From Chloroflexota bacterium (GTDB lineage Bacteria; Chloroflexota; Limnocylindria; Limnocylindrales; CSP1-4): a DNA stretch of 44,329 nucleotides. The stretch is taken from the NCBI GenBank assembly GCA_021783595.1, contig JAJXTS010000004.1, positions 1 through 44,329 of the forward strand. The letters are read 5' to 3'. The notes beneath the pieces were generated by a model, which ran no database searches, was not told the origin of the DNA, and saw only the letters and a list, made by a program, of their open reading frames with translations. Shown here one piece after another: positions 9,757 through 20,623 of the stretch (position 1 is the stretch's first letter; each line of letters starts with the position of its first letter). A program made the position numbers and the translations under genes.

Positions 9757-10266
9757 GTGCGTGAGCCACTCGTCGCGTGGGCCGGGGACTGCGTCGTCCG
9801 GGGTGACGTCGCCCTCGGGGACGGGCGCCTGAGCGATCAGGTCAACCGGTTCGAGGTCATGACCTTCTTCGGGGCGGTTGTCGATTCCCTCGATGACGGC
9901 CGCCGAGTCGCGCTGGACGAGCTCGAGGTGGAGCGGCACGAGCTCCACATCATCGAGGTGGCGGGCCACCGCGGTGACCCGGCCCGCCGGCTGCGCACGG
10001 TCCCGGAGCGCGTGCGGCTGGAGGTCGGCCCGTTCGACGTGACGGGCTATGTCCACCGGGCGCCGAGTGCCGCTCCCCTGGCGGCGCTGTCCCGCTGGGC
10101 CCGGTTCGTGCCGGTGACCGATGCCGAGTTCCGGTGCGCGGGCCGTGACGACGAGCCCACCCGGCGCGAGGTCGTGCTCGTGAACCGCGACCGGATCAGC
10201 CGCGTGGCCGAGGTGGCGGTGCCCAGCTTCGAGCCCGACCCGCGCTCGGCCGACGCCCCGGTCTGA
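9757..10266 (+). CDS. Hypothetical protein, apparently two tandem DUF6812-like units
   Basis: GGGGAG SD and GTG start. The halves carry G..RLSDQVN and FVPVTDA...VNRDRI motifs. Confidence 0.6.
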   Translation: MREPLVAWAGDCVVRGDVALGDGRLSDQVNRFEVMTFFGAVVDSLDDGRRVALDELEVERHELHIIEVAGHRGDPARRLRTVPERVRLEVGPFDVTGYVHRAPSAAPLAALSRWARFVPVTDAEFRCAGRDDEPTRREVVLVNRDRISRVAEVAVPSFEPDPRSADAPV

Positions 10267-10476
10267 GCGAGGCCGGTCGGGCACCCCGGGCCGCCGGCGC
10301 AGTCCCGCGCCTGACGCCGTCGGCGACGAGCTCGTCGGCCTCGTCCCCAACGGCCTGCGGCCCGCGGTCGCGCCGCGCCCCGGAGCGCGGCCCTCCGGGC
10401 TGACCCGCGAATGGCGCGCTCCGTTTCGGGCCGTTCGGCACGTCTGGGTCGGGCCTCTCTGGCCGACGCTACCCGC

Positions 10477-12876
10477 ATGGCTGCAACCGTCCACCCGGAC
10501 GCGCGCGTCCCGGCCGCCGATCCTCACCGTGTCGCCCGCGCGCTGATTGTCGAGGGCGTGGTCCAGGGCGTCGGCTTCCGCCCGTTCGTCTGGCGCCTGG
10601 CCACCGAGCTCGGGCTTGCCGGGCGCGTCCGAAACGCGGCCGGGCGGGTCGAGGTGGAGGCTGCCGGGTCCCGCGAGGCGCTGGACGCCCTGGCCCGCCG
10701 GCTGCGCACGGACGCGCCGCCTCGCGCCCGCGTGGAGCGGGTGACCGCGCGGCCGCTGGACCCCGTGCTCGCCGCCGGGCTGCCGGCCGGCTTCGAGATC
10801 GACGAGAGCGTCGTGGCGGCCGCGCAGGACCGGCTCTTCCCGCCGGACATCGCCACCTGCGACGACTGCCTGTCCGAGCTGTTCGACCCGACCGACCGCC
10901 GCTACCGCTACCCGTTCACCAACTGCACCAACTGCGGCCCGCGGGCCACGATCATCGACGAGCTGCCGTACGACCGCGCCCAGACCACGATGCGCGAGTT
11001 CCCGCTGTGCGAGGCCTGCGAGCGCGAGTACCGGGACCCGGCGAACCGCCGCTTCCACGCCGAGCCGGTGGCGTGCCCGGTCTGCGGGCCGCGGCTCTCG
11101 TGGCGGGCCACGGGCGCGCCGGCGCCATCGGCAACGGGCGAGGCGGCGCTGGTCGCGGCGATCGGCGCCCTGCGTGACGGGCAGATCGTCGCGGTCAAGG
11201 GCCTGGGCGGCTACCACCTCGCCTGCGACGCGACCGACGAGGCCTCCGTGCGTCGGCTCCGCGACCGCAAACGGCGCTGGGCGAAGCCCTTGGCGGTGAT
11301 GGTCCGCGACCTGCCGGCGGCCGAGGAGCTGTGCCGTGTCGGCGCCCTGGAGCGACGCCTGCTCACCGGACCGGCGCGGCCGATCGTCCTGCTGGAGGCG
11401 CGGCGGTCCGCCCGGCAGGCCCTCGCCCGGTCCGTTGCCGCGGGCAACCGTCGCCTCGGCGTCTTCCTGCCGTACACCCCGCTCCACCACCTGCTGCTCG
11501 CCCACCTCGGCCGGCCGCTGGTCCTGACGTCGGGCAACCTCACCGACGAACCCCTCGCGACCGACGACGAGGAGGCCCTGGTGCGCCTCGCCGGCCTCGC
11601 GGACGCGTTCCTCGCCCACGACCGCCAGATCCGGGCGCGCTACGACGACTCGGTCACGCGGGTGGTGGCAGGCCGCGAGTCGCTGGTCCGCCGCGCCCGC
11701 GGCTACGCCCCGGAGCCGATGCCGCTGCCGATCGCGACGCCCGTCCCGCTGCTTGCCGTGGGCGCCGAGCTCAAGCACACGTTCACCCTCGCGCGCGGGT
11801 CGCGCGCCCACGTGGCCCCGCACAACGGCGACCTCGAGGACCTCGCCACGCACCGAGCCTTCACCGACGGCCTCGCCCACCTGTCGCGGCTGCTCGCGAT
11901 GGAGCCCGAGGTGGCGGTCCACGACCTCCATCCCGAGTACCTGTCCACCAAGTACGCCGTGGCGCGCTTCGCGGCCGCCAAGCGGATCGCGGTCCAGCAC
12001 CACCACGCGCACCTCGCCTCGTGCGCGGCGGAGCACGGAATCACCGGGCCGTTCCTGGGCGTCGCGTACGACGGCCTGGGCATGGGCGACGACGGCACGC
12101 TGTGGGGCGGGGAGGTGCTGCTGGCGGACCTGCGCGGCTACCGACGCCTCGCCCGCTTCGCCCGGGCGCCGCTCCCCGGCGGGGCGCTGGCGGTCAGGCG
12201 GCCGTACCGGATGGCGCTCGGCTACCTGTTCGGCGGCGAGGCGTTCGACGACGACGCCGTCCCGGGGCTGGCGGATGCCGAGGGGGCCGCGGCCGCGTTC
12301 CTGGCCCGCCTCGACCCGCGCGAGACGGCGCTGGTCCGCACCCAGATTGCGCGCCGGCTCAACGCCCCCGTGGCCTCGTCGGCCGGCCGCCTGTTCGACG
12401 CCGCCGCGGCGCTGCTGGGCATCCGCGACGTGGCCGAGTACGAGGCGCAGGCCGCCGTGGACCTGGAGCTCGCCGCCGGCGACCGAAGGGCCCCCGCGCT
12501 CCCGTACCGGCTCCGCTACCAGGACGGGCTGCTCGTCTACGATCCGCGGCCCACGCTTGCCGCGCTGCTCACGGCCCCGGGGCCCGCCGGGACGCTCGCA
12601 GCCGCCTTCCAGGCGACGATCGCGGAGGTCACCCGCGAGCTGCTCTCCGACGCCCGCGCGCGCACCGGGCTCCGGACGGTGTGCCTCTCGGGCGGCGTGT
12701 TCCAGAACCGCCGGCTGGCGTCCGCGCTCCTGCGCGAGCTTGCGTCGGACGGCTTCGAGCCGAACATCAACCGCCAGGTCCCGGTGAACGACGGCGGGGT
12801 GAGTTATGGTCAGGCCGCGATCGCCGCGGCGCGACTCGCAGCCGGCGCCACGGGTGCGCCGCGATCGGAGGGCTGA
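10477..12876 (+). CDS. hypF: Carbamoyltransferase HypF
   Basis: Acylphosphatase domain ([16 protein letters not shown]), two Zn fingers (CDDC..CTNC; CEAC..CPVC), [42 protein letters not shown]. Confidence 0.97.
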   Translation: MAATVHPDARVPAADPHRVARALIVEGVVQGVGFRPFVWRLATELGLAGRVRNAAGRVEVEAAGSREALDALARRLRTDAPPRARVERVTARPLDPVLAAGLPAGFEIDESVVAAAQDRLFPPDIATCDDCLSELFDPTDRRYRYPFTNCTNCGPRATIIDELPYDRAQTTMREFPLCEACEREYRDPANRRFHAEPVACPVCGPRLSWRATGAPAPSATGEAALVAAIGALRDGQIVAVKGLGGYHLACDATDEASVRRLRDRKRRWAKPLAVMVRDLPAAEELCRVGALERRLLTGPARPIVLLEARRSARQALARSVAAGNRRLGVFLPYTPLHHLLLAHLGRPLVLTSGNLTDEPLATDDEEALVRLAGLADAFLAHDRQIRARYDDSVTRVVAGRESLVRRARGYAPEPMPLPIATPVPLLAVGAELKHTFTLARGSRAHVAPHNGDLEDLATHRAFTDGLAHLSRLLAMEPEVAVHDLHPEYLSTKYAVARFAAAKRIAVQHHHAHLASCAAEHGITGPFLGVAYDGLGMGDDGTLWGGEVLLADLRGYRRLARFARAPLPGGALAVRRPYRMALGYLFGGEAFDDDAVPGLADAEGAAAAFLARLDPRETALVRTQIARRLNAPVASSAGRLFDAAAALLGIRDVAEYEAQAAVDLELAAGDRRAPALPYRLRYQDGLLVYDPRPTLAALLTAPGPAGTLAAAFQATIAEVTRELLSDARARTGLRTVCLSGGVFQNRRLASALLRELASDGFEPNINRQVPVNDGGVSYGQAAIAAARLAAGATGAPRSEG

Positions 12877-12879
12877 ACG

Positions 12880-13230
12880 ATGTGTCTGGGGATCCCGGGG
12901 CGGATCACCGAGATCCGCGACGAGGCCGGCCTCGCCATGGGCAAGGTGGACTTCGGCGGCGTGCGCAAGGACGCCTGCCTCGCCTACCTGCCGGAGGCGC
13001 GGCTGGGCGACTACGTCATCGTCCACGTGGGCTTCGCGATCAGCCGGGTGGACGAGGCGGAGGCCCTCAAGACGCTCCAGATCCTCGACGAGATGGGCGT
13101 CATGGAGCCCGAGCTGATGACCCTGGGCCCCGGCATGGAGGAGCCCGCCCTCATCAGCGACGACGACCCGTCGATCTACGTCTTCGACCCGGCGCAGCCG
13201 CCGTCCAACTTGGCCGGCCCCACGGCATGA
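12880..13230 (+). CDS. hypC: Hydrogenase maturation chaperone HypC with acidic C-terminal extension
   Basis: MCLGIPG N-terminus, [19 protein letters not shown]. Confidence 0.95.
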   Translation: MCLGIPGRITEIRDEAGLAMGKVDFGGVRKDACLAYLPEARLGDYVIVHVGFAISRVDEAEALKTLQILDEMGVMEPELMTLGPGMEEPALISDDDPSIYVFDPAQPPSNLAGPTA

Positions 13231-14381
13231 AGTATCTCGACGAGTACCGCGACCCCGTGCTCGCGAAGAGGCTGGTGGCCGAGATCCACCGGATCACCAC
13301 GCGGCCGTGGACCCTCATGGAGGTCTGCGGCGGGCAGACGCACACGATCGTCAAGCAGGGGATCGACGAGGCGCTGCCCGAGGGCGTCCGCATGATCCAC
13401 GGGCCCGGCTGCCCCGTCTGCGTGACGCCGCTCGAGCAGGTGGACAAGGCCCTCGCCATCGCCGCGCGGCCGGACGTGATCTTCACCAGCTACGGCGACA
13501 TGCTGCGCGTGCCCGGCTCGTCGACGGACCTGCTGGCCCTCAAGGCCCGCGGCGCCGACGTCCGCATCGTGTACAGCCCGCTCGACGCGCTCAAGATCGC
13601 GCTCGCGAACCCGGACAAGCAGGTGGTCTTCTTCGCGGTCGGCTTCGAGACCACGGCGCCCGCCAACGCGATGTCGGTGGCGGAGGCTGCCCGGCGGGGG
13701 ATCGACAACTACAGCGTGCTCGTGAGCCACGTGCTGGTGCCCCCGGCCATGACCGCGCTGCTGGACTCGCCCACCAACCGGGTCCAGGGGTTCCTGGCCG
13801 CCGGCCACGTGTGCGCGGTCATGGGCTGGACCGAGTACGAGCCCATCGCCGAGCACTACCGCGTGCCGATCGTGGTCACCGGCTTCGAGCCGCTGGACCT
13901 GCTCGAGGGCGTCTACATGGCCGTCCGCCAGCTGGAGGAGGGGCGCCACGAGGTGGAGAACCAGTACGCGCGCGCCGTCACCCGCGAGGGCGTGCCGCTG
14001 GCCCAGCAGCAGATCCAGCGCGTGTTCGAGGTCGGGCCGCGCAAGTGGCGCGGCGTGGGCGAGATCCCGATGTCCGGCTACCGCCTGCGCCCCGAGTACG
14101 CCCGCTTCGATGCCGAGGAGAAGTTCGACGTCGGCGACATCCGCACCAACGAGCACCCTGCCTGCATGGCGGGCGCCATCCTGACCGGCGAGAAGGTGCC
14201 GCTCGACTGCACCGCGTACGGCACGCTGTGCACCCCGCAGCGGCCGCTCGGCGCGCCGATGGTGTCGTCCGAGGGGACGTGCGCGGCGTTCTTCGCGGCC
14301 GGGCGCGGGCTCGGCGCCGGCCGCGGCTTCTCGGCCGCGCTGCCGCTGGTCCAGGTTGTGCCGGCGGAGGGCGGGCGATGA
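13227..14381 (+). CDS. hypD: Hydrogenase maturation protein HypD
   Basis: [53 protein letters not shown] overlap with hypC. Confidence 0.97.
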   Translation: MKYLDEYRDPVLAKRLVAEIHRITTRPWTLMEVCGGQTHTIVKQGIDEALPEGVRMIHGPGCPVCVTPLEQVDKALAIAARPDVIFTSYGDMLRVPGSSTDLLALKARGADVRIVYSPLDALKIALANPDKQVVFFAVGFETTAPANAMSVAEAARRGIDNYSVLVSHVLVPPAMTALLDSPTNRVQGFLAAGHVCAVMGWTEYEPIAEHYRVPIVVTGFEPLDLLEGVYMAVRQLEEGRHEVENQYARAVTREGVPLAQQQIQRVFEVGPRKWRGVGEIPMSGYRLRPEYARFDAEEKFDVGDIRTNEHPACMAGAILTGEKVPLDCTAYGTLCTPQRPLGAPMVSSEGTCAAFFAAGRGLGAGRGFSAALPLVQVVPAEGGR

Positions 14382-15457
14382 CGGCCGACCGCGAGGCCGG
14401 GGCCACGATCGACGCCGAGGGCATCGCCTGCCCGGCGCCGATCCCCGAGGACCAGCGGGTCATCCTGGGCCACGGATCGGGCGGCCAGCTGTCCGCGGCG
14501 CTGATGCGGGACCTGCTCGCCCCGGCCCTCGCGGCCGCGTCCCCGGGCGGCGTGCTCAACGACGCGGCCGTCGTTGAGATCGGCGGGGCGCGGCTCGCGT
14601 TCACCACGGACTCCTTCGTGGTCTCGCCGATCCGCTTCCCCGGCGGCGACATCGGCGAGCTGGCGGTGAACGGCACGCTCAACGACCTCGCCATGATGGG
14701 CGCCACGCCGGTGGCGATCAGCCTCGCCTACGTCATCGAGGAGGGGCTGCCGCTCGAGGAGCTGCGCACGATCACCCTGTCGGCGGCGGCTGCGGCGCAG
14801 CGGGCGGGCGCGCAGATCGTCACCGGCGACACCAAGGTGGTGGGCCGCGGCGCGGCGGATCGGCTGTTCGTCAACACCGCCGGGATCGGCCTCATCCGCG
14901 ACGGCATGGAGCCGGCGGCGGACCGGGCCCGGCCGGGCGACGCGGTGATCCTGTCGGGGCCCATCGGCCTGCATGGCGTGGCGATCATGAGCGTCCGCGA
15001 GGGGCTCGAGTTCGAGGTGGAGATCGCCTCGGACACGCAGTCGCTGGCCGGCCTGGTGGCGGCCATCGCGGCGGTGGCGCCCGACGTCCACGTCCTGCGC
15101 GACCCCACGCGCGGCGGCCTCTCGTCGGCGCTCAACGAGATCGCGCAGGCGTCAGGCGTGGGCATGGTCCTCGACGAGCCGGCCATCCCGATCCCGGGCC
15201 CGGTGCGAGCCGCGTGCGAGTTCCTGGGCCTGGACCCGCTCCACGTGGCCAACGAGGGCAAGCTGGTGGCGATCGTGCCGGCGGCCTCAGCGGACGCGGT
15301 GCTCGCCGCGATGCGCGCCACGCCCGAGGGCGCCGAGGCCACGCGCATCGGCGAGGTCGTGGCCGACCACCCGGGCATGGTCACGATGCGCACGATCGTG
15401 GGCAGCGAGCGGATCGTGGACATGCTGGTGGGGGAGCAGCTGCCGCGCATCTGCTGA
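14378..15457 (+). CDS. hypE: Hydrogenase maturation protein HypE
   Basis: [38 protein letters not shown]-terminal LPRIC. ATGA overlap with hypD. Confidence 0.97.
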   Translation: MTADREAGATIDAEGIACPAPIPEDQRVILGHGSGGQLSAALMRDLLAPALAAASPGGVLNDAAVVEIGGARLAFTTDSFVVSPIRFPGGDIGELAVNGTLNDLAMMGATPVAISLAYVIEEGLPLEELRTITLSAAAAAQRAGAQIVTGDTKVVGRGAADRLFVNTAGIGLIRDGMEPAADRARPGDAVILSGPIGLHGVAIMSVREGLEFEVEIASDTQSLAGLVAAIAAVAPDVHVLRDPTRGGLSSALNEIAQASGVGMVLDEPAIPIPGPVRAACEFLGLDPLHVANEGKLVAIVPAASADAVLAAMRATPEGAEATRIGEVVADHPGMVTMRTIVGSERIVDMLVGEQLPRIC

Positions 15458-15471
15458 TGGCTGGGCGCGCG

Positions 15472-15524
15472 GCGCTCGCGCGCCCCGGCGGGTCGGCCGC
15501 GCTCGCGCGCCCCGGCGGGTCGGC
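15472..15524. repeat. 26-bp direct repeat x2 (period 27) between convergent genes
   Basis: GCGCTCGCGCGCCCCGGCGGGTCGGC at 15472-15497 and 15499-15524. Confidence 0.85.
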
Positions 15525-15539
15525 GGCCCCCTGTCCGCC

Positions 15540-16517
15540 TCAGGCCGCGACCGCTGCCTCGACCGGCTCCGGCGCCTTGCGCCGCGTCGGCACCAGGGTC
15601 GCCGCCGCGATGCCGAGGATCACCAGCCCGAAGCCGGCCAGGTCCGCCAGCTCGAGCTTCTCGCCCAGGATGAGCGCGCCGGCCACGAGCCCCACGATCG
15701 GCGTGGCGAGGAAGCCCATCGCCGATGAGATCGGCCCCAGCGAGCGGGTGATCGACTGGCTGGCCCAGTACGCGAAGGCGGTGGCCAGGGGACCGCTGTA
15801 GAGGAGCACCAGGACCGCCCCGACGTCCCAGTGGATCGGCGCCCCGGGCTCGAACAGCAGGGCGGCCACGAGGACGGGCACGAGGGCGGTCAGGAGCATC
15901 CAGGGCTGGAGATCGAGCGGGGTCGAGCGCCACGTGTGGCGCCGGATGTGGATCGTGACGACGCCCCAGAGCATCGCGTCGATCACCAGCGCGACGGTGC
16001 CGCCCACCTCGGCCGGCCTGCCCCAGTCGATCACCGACGGGTTGACCAGGATCACGATGCCGATCACGCCCAGCGCCAGCCCCAGCACCTCCGCCCGCCG
16101 GGGCGGCACGCGGAAGCCCAGCCACAGCAGGACGGCCACCCACAGTGGCATGGTGTAGACGAGCACGGACGACCGCCCCGCCGGCACGACCTGCAGCGCG
16201 AAGTTCATGATCAGGATGCCCGCGGCGATCTGGAGGATCGCCACCGAGGCGATGATCGGGAAATCCGCGCGCGGCGGTCGGCGCAGGTTCCGGCTCGGCC
16301 CCAGGATCACGAGCAGCGTCAGCAGGCCCGTGCCGATCCGCAGCGCGGCGTAGGTGAGGGGCGGGAAGTAGTGCAGCCCCTCCTTGACGACCACCCAGTG
16401 GACGCCCCAGACGAGCGACAGGAGGGCCAGCAGCACCAGCGCGGCCGGCCGGCTGTGGACTGCGGGGACAGGGCGGCGCGGGGTCTCGGCGGCGGGCCGC
16501 GGGGCTGGGCTGGTCAC
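15540..16517 (-). CDS. DMT/EamA family transporter
   Basis: About 10 hydrophobic segments; WGVHWVVVK, YTMPLWV, LILGEKL. TACGCT -10 lies 6 nt before the GTG (16524-16529). Confidence 0.9.
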   Translation of the reverse strand: MTSPAPRPAAETPRRPVPAVHSRPAALVLLALLSLVWGVHWVVVKEGLHYFPPLTYAALRIGTGLLTLLVILGPSRNLRRPPRADFPIIASVAILQIAAGILIMNFALQVVPAGRSSVLVYTMPLWVAVLLWLGFRVPPRRAEVLGLALGVIGIVILVNPSVIDWGRPAEVGGTVALVIDAMLWGVVTIHIRRHTWRSTPLDLQPWMLLTALVPVLVAALLFEPGAPIHWDVGAVLVLLYSGPLATAFAYWASQSITRSLGPISSAMGFLATPIVGLVAGALILGEKLELADLAGFGLVILGIAAATLVPTRRKAPEPVEAAVAA

Positions 16518-16593
16518 CCGGTGAGCGTACCGCGGATGGCCGCAGAAATCGATTACCTACGGGTGGCGAGCGCCGCCGGGCGCTTCCCCGCGA

Positions 16594-17001
16594 CTACCGG
16601 GAGCGGCCGGCGACCAGCCGCATGGCGCCTCGCCCCGCGGCGTAGCCCACGACCGTCGGAGCGCCGAAGAAGCCCGCGGCCACGACCGCCGAGAACCAGT
16701 CCAGCGGCACGGGGTTGCCCCCCATCTCCGAGAGCATCAGGATGGCCGTCATGCCCACCGCCATGCCGACGAGCGACACCAGAAGCCCCGTCCAGCCCCG
16801 GGTGGCGAGGCCGGCGAGCACGCCCCCGGCGAGCAGCACCAGCGGCGACACGAAGATCACGGTGAGCTCGCAGGAGCCGCTGAAGTCGGTGTGGCCGACA
16901 CAGCCGAGGTTGGCGCCGCCGAACACCGACGTCGGGCAGGCGACGGCCACGACCAGGAACGCGATGAAGTCACGGACCGGGCTGGGAAGCGGCATCTTCA
17001 T
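16594..17001 (-). CDS. Small hypothetical membrane protein (about 4 TM)
   Basis: MKMPLPSPVRDFIAFLVVAVAC...; hydrophobic; GGAGGT SD upstream. Confidence 0.65.
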   Translation of the reverse strand: MKMPLPSPVRDFIAFLVVAVACPTSVFGGANLGCVGHTDFSGSCELTVIFVSPLVLLAGGVLAGLATRGWTGLLVSLVGMAVGMTAILMLSEMGGNPVPLDWFSAVVAAGFFGAPTVVGYAAGRGAMRLVAGRSR

Positions 17002-17168
17002 CGGGGGGACACCTCCATCGCGGCAGGATAGCGTCTCGACAGTGACGTGATCGGGCCCGCGCGAACCTGCCCGACCTCTCAGGGGGCTGCGGCCTGGCCC
17101 GAGGCGCTCCGCCAGCCACTCCGCCAGCCGCATGCGCGTGCCGGCGCCGCCCCCGCCCGGAACCCCGG

Positions 17169-17537
17169 TCAGACCGTGCCGAGCGCCTCGTCCTCGACCA
17201 GCCGCAGCAGCTCCACGTTGCTTGCCAGGCGCGAGTTGTGGATGCGCCTCGCAACGTCGAGCAGGTCGAAGATCGCCTCGTCCGCCACGGCGTAGATGAT
17301 GGTGGTGCCGTGTCGCTCGGCCGTCACGATCCCCTGCCCGCGAAGGATCGACAGTTGCTGCGACACGGAGGACCCGCCGCTCGAGGTGGCCTCCTGGAGC
17401 TCGCCGACGGAACGCGCCCCGGATCGCAGGAGCTCGAGGATCCAGATCCGCAGCGGGTGGCCAAGGGCCCTGAAGAACTCCGCCTTGAACCGACGGAGCC
17501 GGTCCGCGTCGTCCGGGCGGCTGGCGGTGTCGCTCAT
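17169..17537 (-). CDS. ArsR/SmtB family regulator, similar to M. tuberculosis Rv0081
   Basis: FKAEFFRALGHPLRIWILELL...SVGELQ...VSQQLSILR...IYAVAD. Divergent from the hyf-like operon. Confidence 0.88.
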   Translation of the reverse strand: MSDTASRPDDADRLRRFKAEFFRALGHPLRIWILELLRSGARSVGELQEATSSGGSSVSQQLSILRGQGIVTAERHGTTIIYAVADEAIFDLLDVARRIHNSRLASNVELLRLVEDEALGTV

Positions 17538-17564
17538 CGGGCCGAGTGTCGCCCATAGGTCATA

Positions 17565-17599
17565 ACTTCGCAAGATACGAACTTCACGGTATTCTGAAG
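17565..17599. promoter_or_regulatory. Two overlapping inverted repeats, candidate ArsR operators
   Basis: ACTTCG-N7-CGAACT (17565-17583, one mismatch) and CTTCA-N8-TGAAG (17582-17599) in an AT-enriched divergent promoter. Confidence 0.5.
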
Positions 17600-17633
17600 C
17601 CATGCCTCTGCGTCCCCGTCGCGGCTCAGGTCG

Positions 17634-19670
17634 ATGGACCTGACAGCCGCCGCCGCCTGCCTCCCGCCCGCGATCGCAGCCCTGCTCGCCCTCGCGCTGG
17701 TGGCTGCGGTGCTGCCGGCGGGGACACGCGCGCGATCCGTCAGCTACGGCGCGGCGGCGGCGGCATCGGCCGTCATGGTGGCGCTGTCCCTCGCGGTCCT
17801 GGCGGGCGCGGCGCCGGTCGCCTTCTCGTGGGGTGCCGTCCTGGGCTTCTCCCTCATCGACGTCCGGATCGACAGCCTGGGCGCCGTCTTCGTCCTCATG
17901 CTCGGGCTCGTGGGCACCGTCGCGTCCGTGTACGCCATCGGCTACGCACCGCACCCGGACGCCAGCGGCGCCCACGACGCGCCGGTCCGCTGGGCGGATC
18001 CGGTCCTGGCCGCCTATCCCGTGTTCCTGGGCAGCATGTTCCTCGTGTTCGGCGCGGCGGACCTCGTGGCGTTCCTCATCGCATGGGAGGCCATGGCCGT
18101 GGCGTCCGCGGCGCTCGTGGTGGGCGGGCGGCCGACGCCCGGCCAGGCGCGGGCCGGCTACCTCTACCTCGTCCTCACGCACCTCGCGACCGGCGCCCTC
18201 GTGGTGGCGTTCGCCGTTGCGGCGGCCGCCGGCGGCACGGCCCTCGACGGTCTGCCGGCCGTCGCGCGCTCCATGTCCGGCCCGACGCGGGACCTGCTGT
18301 TCGTGCTGCTCGCCGTGGGGTTCGCGACCAAGGCCGGCGCCGTGCCGCTGCACGTCTGGCTGCCCCGCGCCCATCCCGTCGCGCCCTCGCCCGTGTCGGC
18401 CCTGATGTCGGGCGTCATGGTGAAGGCCGGGATCTACGGGCTGGTCCGGTTCGTGCTGGTCGGTCTCGGGCCGGGACCCGAGTGGTGGGGCATGGTGGTG
18501 CTGGCGATCGGCACCGTGTCGGCGGTCCTTGGGGTGCTGTACGCGCTGATGGAGCACGATCTCAAGCGGCTCCTGGCCTACTCGACCATCGAGAATGTCG
18601 GGATCGTCCTGATCGGCGTGGGCACGGCGATGCTGGCCCAGGCGGCCGGCCTGCCTAGCCTTGCGACGCTCGCTCTCGCGGCGGCCCTGCTGCACGCCCT
18701 GAACCACGCGGCGATCAAGGGGCTGCTGTTCATGGCTGCGGGCTCCATCGCGCAGGCGGCCGGGACCCGCGACCTCAACCGGCTCGGCGGCCTGTGGCGC
18801 GGCATGCCCGTGACCGCCCTCGCGTTCGGCGTCGGCGCGGCGGCGATGGCCGGGGTGCCGCTGCTGGGCGGCTTCGCCGGCGAGTGGCTCACCTTCCAGG
18901 CGCTGCTCGGCGTGGCCGCGTCGGGCGGCGTGTCGGCGGAGGTTCGCTCCGTGCTGCTCCTGGCCGCGGGCGGGCTCGCCCTGGCCGCGGCGCTCGCCCT
19001 GGCGACCTTCGTCAAGGCGACGGGGACCGGCTTCCTCGCGCTTCCCCGCAGCCAGCCGGCGGCGCTCGCCCGCGAACCGGCGCGAGCGATGGTCTGGGCG
19101 ACGGCCGCCCTCGCCGGGGTGTGCGTCGCGATGGGCCTCGCCGCGGCGCCGATCGCCGGGGTGCTGGCGGGAGCTGCCGGGCCGCTGCTCGGCGTCCTGG
19201 GCGGCGCCGAGCCGGCCGGGCTCGTGCTGGGCGGGCCCGGCGGCGCGGGCTACGGACCCCTGGCGGTCGCCGTCGTGCTCGGCGTGGTGTTCGCCGTCGT
19301 CGGGCTGGCCGGTCGTCGGGGCCGTTCCGTCCGGCGTGTCCCGACCTGGACGTGCGGCATCTCGCCGGAGCCGTCGTTCGAGTACACGGCCACCGGCTAC
19401 GCCAAGCTGCTCCGCCTGTACTTCGGGCCGGTCCTCCGCCCGCAGCGCGAGGTCGAGGTGGAGCTCCATCCCGGCACGCCGTTCCCGCGCGCGGTGAGAT
19501 ACCGCGGCGGCGCCCGCCACCTGATCGACGAGCGCCTGTACGTGCCGCTGCACCGGGCGGCCGTGGCGGCCGCGCAGCTCGCCCGCCGGATTCAGAACGG
19601 CAGCCTCCAGCTGTATCTCGCCTACACCGTGATCGCGCTGGTGGTCCTCCTGCTGGTGGCGCGGCCATGA
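17634..19670 (+). CDS. hyfB: Hydrogenase-4 component B-like antiporter subunit
   Basis: FLIAWEAM, KAGAVPLHVWLPRAHPVAPSPVSALMSG, DLKRLLAYSTIENVG, WTCG, EYTATGYAK. Confidence 0.9.
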   Translation: MDLTAAAACLPPAIAALLALALVAAVLPAGTRARSVSYGAAAAASAVMVALSLAVLAGAAPVAFSWGAVLGFSLIDVRIDSLGAVFVLMLGLVGTVASVYAIGYAPHPDASGAHDAPVRWADPVLAAYPVFLGSMFLVFGAADLVAFLIAWEAMAVASAALVVGGRPTPGQARAGYLYLVLTHLATGALVVAFAVAAAAGGTALDGLPAVARSMSGPTRDLLFVLLAVGFATKAGAVPLHVWLPRAHPVAPSPVSALMSGVMVKAGIYGLVRFVLVGLGPGPEWWGMVVLAIGTVSAVLGVLYALMEHDLKRLLAYSTIENVGIVLIGVGTAMLAQAAGLPSLATLALAAALLHALNHAAIKGLLFMAAGSIAQAAGTRDLNRLGGLWRGMPVTALAFGVGAAAMAGVPLLGGFAGEWLTFQALLGVAASGGVSAEVRSVLLLAAGGLALAAALALATFVKATGTGFLALPRSQPAALAREPARAMVWATAALAGVCVAMGLAAAPIAGVLAGAAGPLLGVLGGAEPAGLVLGGPGGAGYGPLAVAVVLGVVFAVVGLAGRRGRSVRRVPTWTCGISPEPSFEYTATGYAKLLRLYFGPVLRPQREVEVELHPGTPFPRAVRYRGGARHLIDERLYVPLHRAAVAAAQLARRIQNGSLQLYLAYTVIALVVLLLVARP

Positions 19671-20623
19671 CGTGGGACGCAGCCTCGCTCCTCCTCGGGC
19701 TGACCCAGACGGCGCTCGCCCTGGCCATCGCCCCGCTCCTGCTGGGGGTGGCCAAGCGCGTCAAGGCGCGTCTTGGCTACCGGACCGGCGCGCCGCTGCT
19801 CCAGCCCTACCGGGATCTCGCCAAGTGGTGGCGCAAGACCCCCGTGGAGAGCGAGGCGTCGAGCGCGGTGACCGCCTGGGCGCCCGCCGCAGTGGTGGCC
19901 GCGATCGTCACCGCGACGCTGCTCGTGCCGCTGGTGGGGGAGCGCCCGCTGCTGGGCGGCTCGGGCGACTTCCTGGTCGTCGTCGGGCTGCTCGCCGGCG
20001 CCCGGTTCCTCATGGCCCTGCTTGCCCTCGACGCGGGCAGCGCCTTCGGCGGCATGGGCAGCAGCCGCGAGGTGGCGATCGCCGCGCTCGTGGAGCCCGC
20101 GCTGCTGCTCGCGCTCGCCGTGGCCGCCGTCGCGGTCGGGAGCACCGACCTCGCGGTCATCGCCGGCGCCGGCGTGGCGCGCGGTCTCGCCTGGCTCACC
20201 CCGTCGCTGCTGCTTGGCGCCGCGGCGTTCGCGCTGGCGGCCGTCGCCGAGACGGGCCACGAGCCGTTCGACAACCCCGACACGCACCTTGAGCTCACGA
20301 TGGTCCACGAGGGGATGCTGCTGGAGGCGTCCGGGCCCCGGCTGGCGATGCTCGCGTACGCCGCGCAGCTGCGCCTCGTCGTGGTGGCATCGCTGTTCGC
20401 GGCCGCGTTCTTCCCGTTCGGCATGACCGTCGCGCTCACGCCGCTGTCGGTCGCCGTCGCGCTCGCCGCCGCGGTCGCCAAGCTGCTCGCCGCGGCCGTC
20501 GCGCTGGCGCTCCTCGACGCCGGGCTCGCGAAGCTTCGGATCCTGGCGCTGCCGGGCCTGCTCGGGTTCGCCTCCACGCTGGCCGTGATCGGGCTCGCTG
20601 CCCGCCTTTGGCTGCCGGCATGA
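19667..20623 (+). CDS. hyfC: HyfC/HycD (NuoH-like) membrane subunit
   Basis: GAPLLQPYRDLAKWWRK, DAGSAFGGMGSSRE, ETGHEPFDNPDTHLELTMVHEGMLLEASG. ATGA overlap. Confidence 0.9.
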   Translation: MTWDAASLLLGLTQTALALAIAPLLLGVAKRVKARLGYRTGAPLLQPYRDLAKWWRKTPVESEASSAVTAWAPAAVVAAIVTATLLVPLVGERPLLGGSGDFLVVVGLLAGARFLMALLALDAGSAFGGMGSSREVAIAALVEPALLLALAVAAVAVGSTDLAVIAGAGVARGLAWLTPSLLLGAAAFALAAVAETGHEPFDNPDTHLELTMVHEGMLLEASGPRLAMLAYAAQLRLVVVASLFAAAFFPFGMTVALTPLSVAVALAAAVAKLLAAAVALALLDAGLAKLRILALPGLLGFASTLAVIGLAARLWLPA

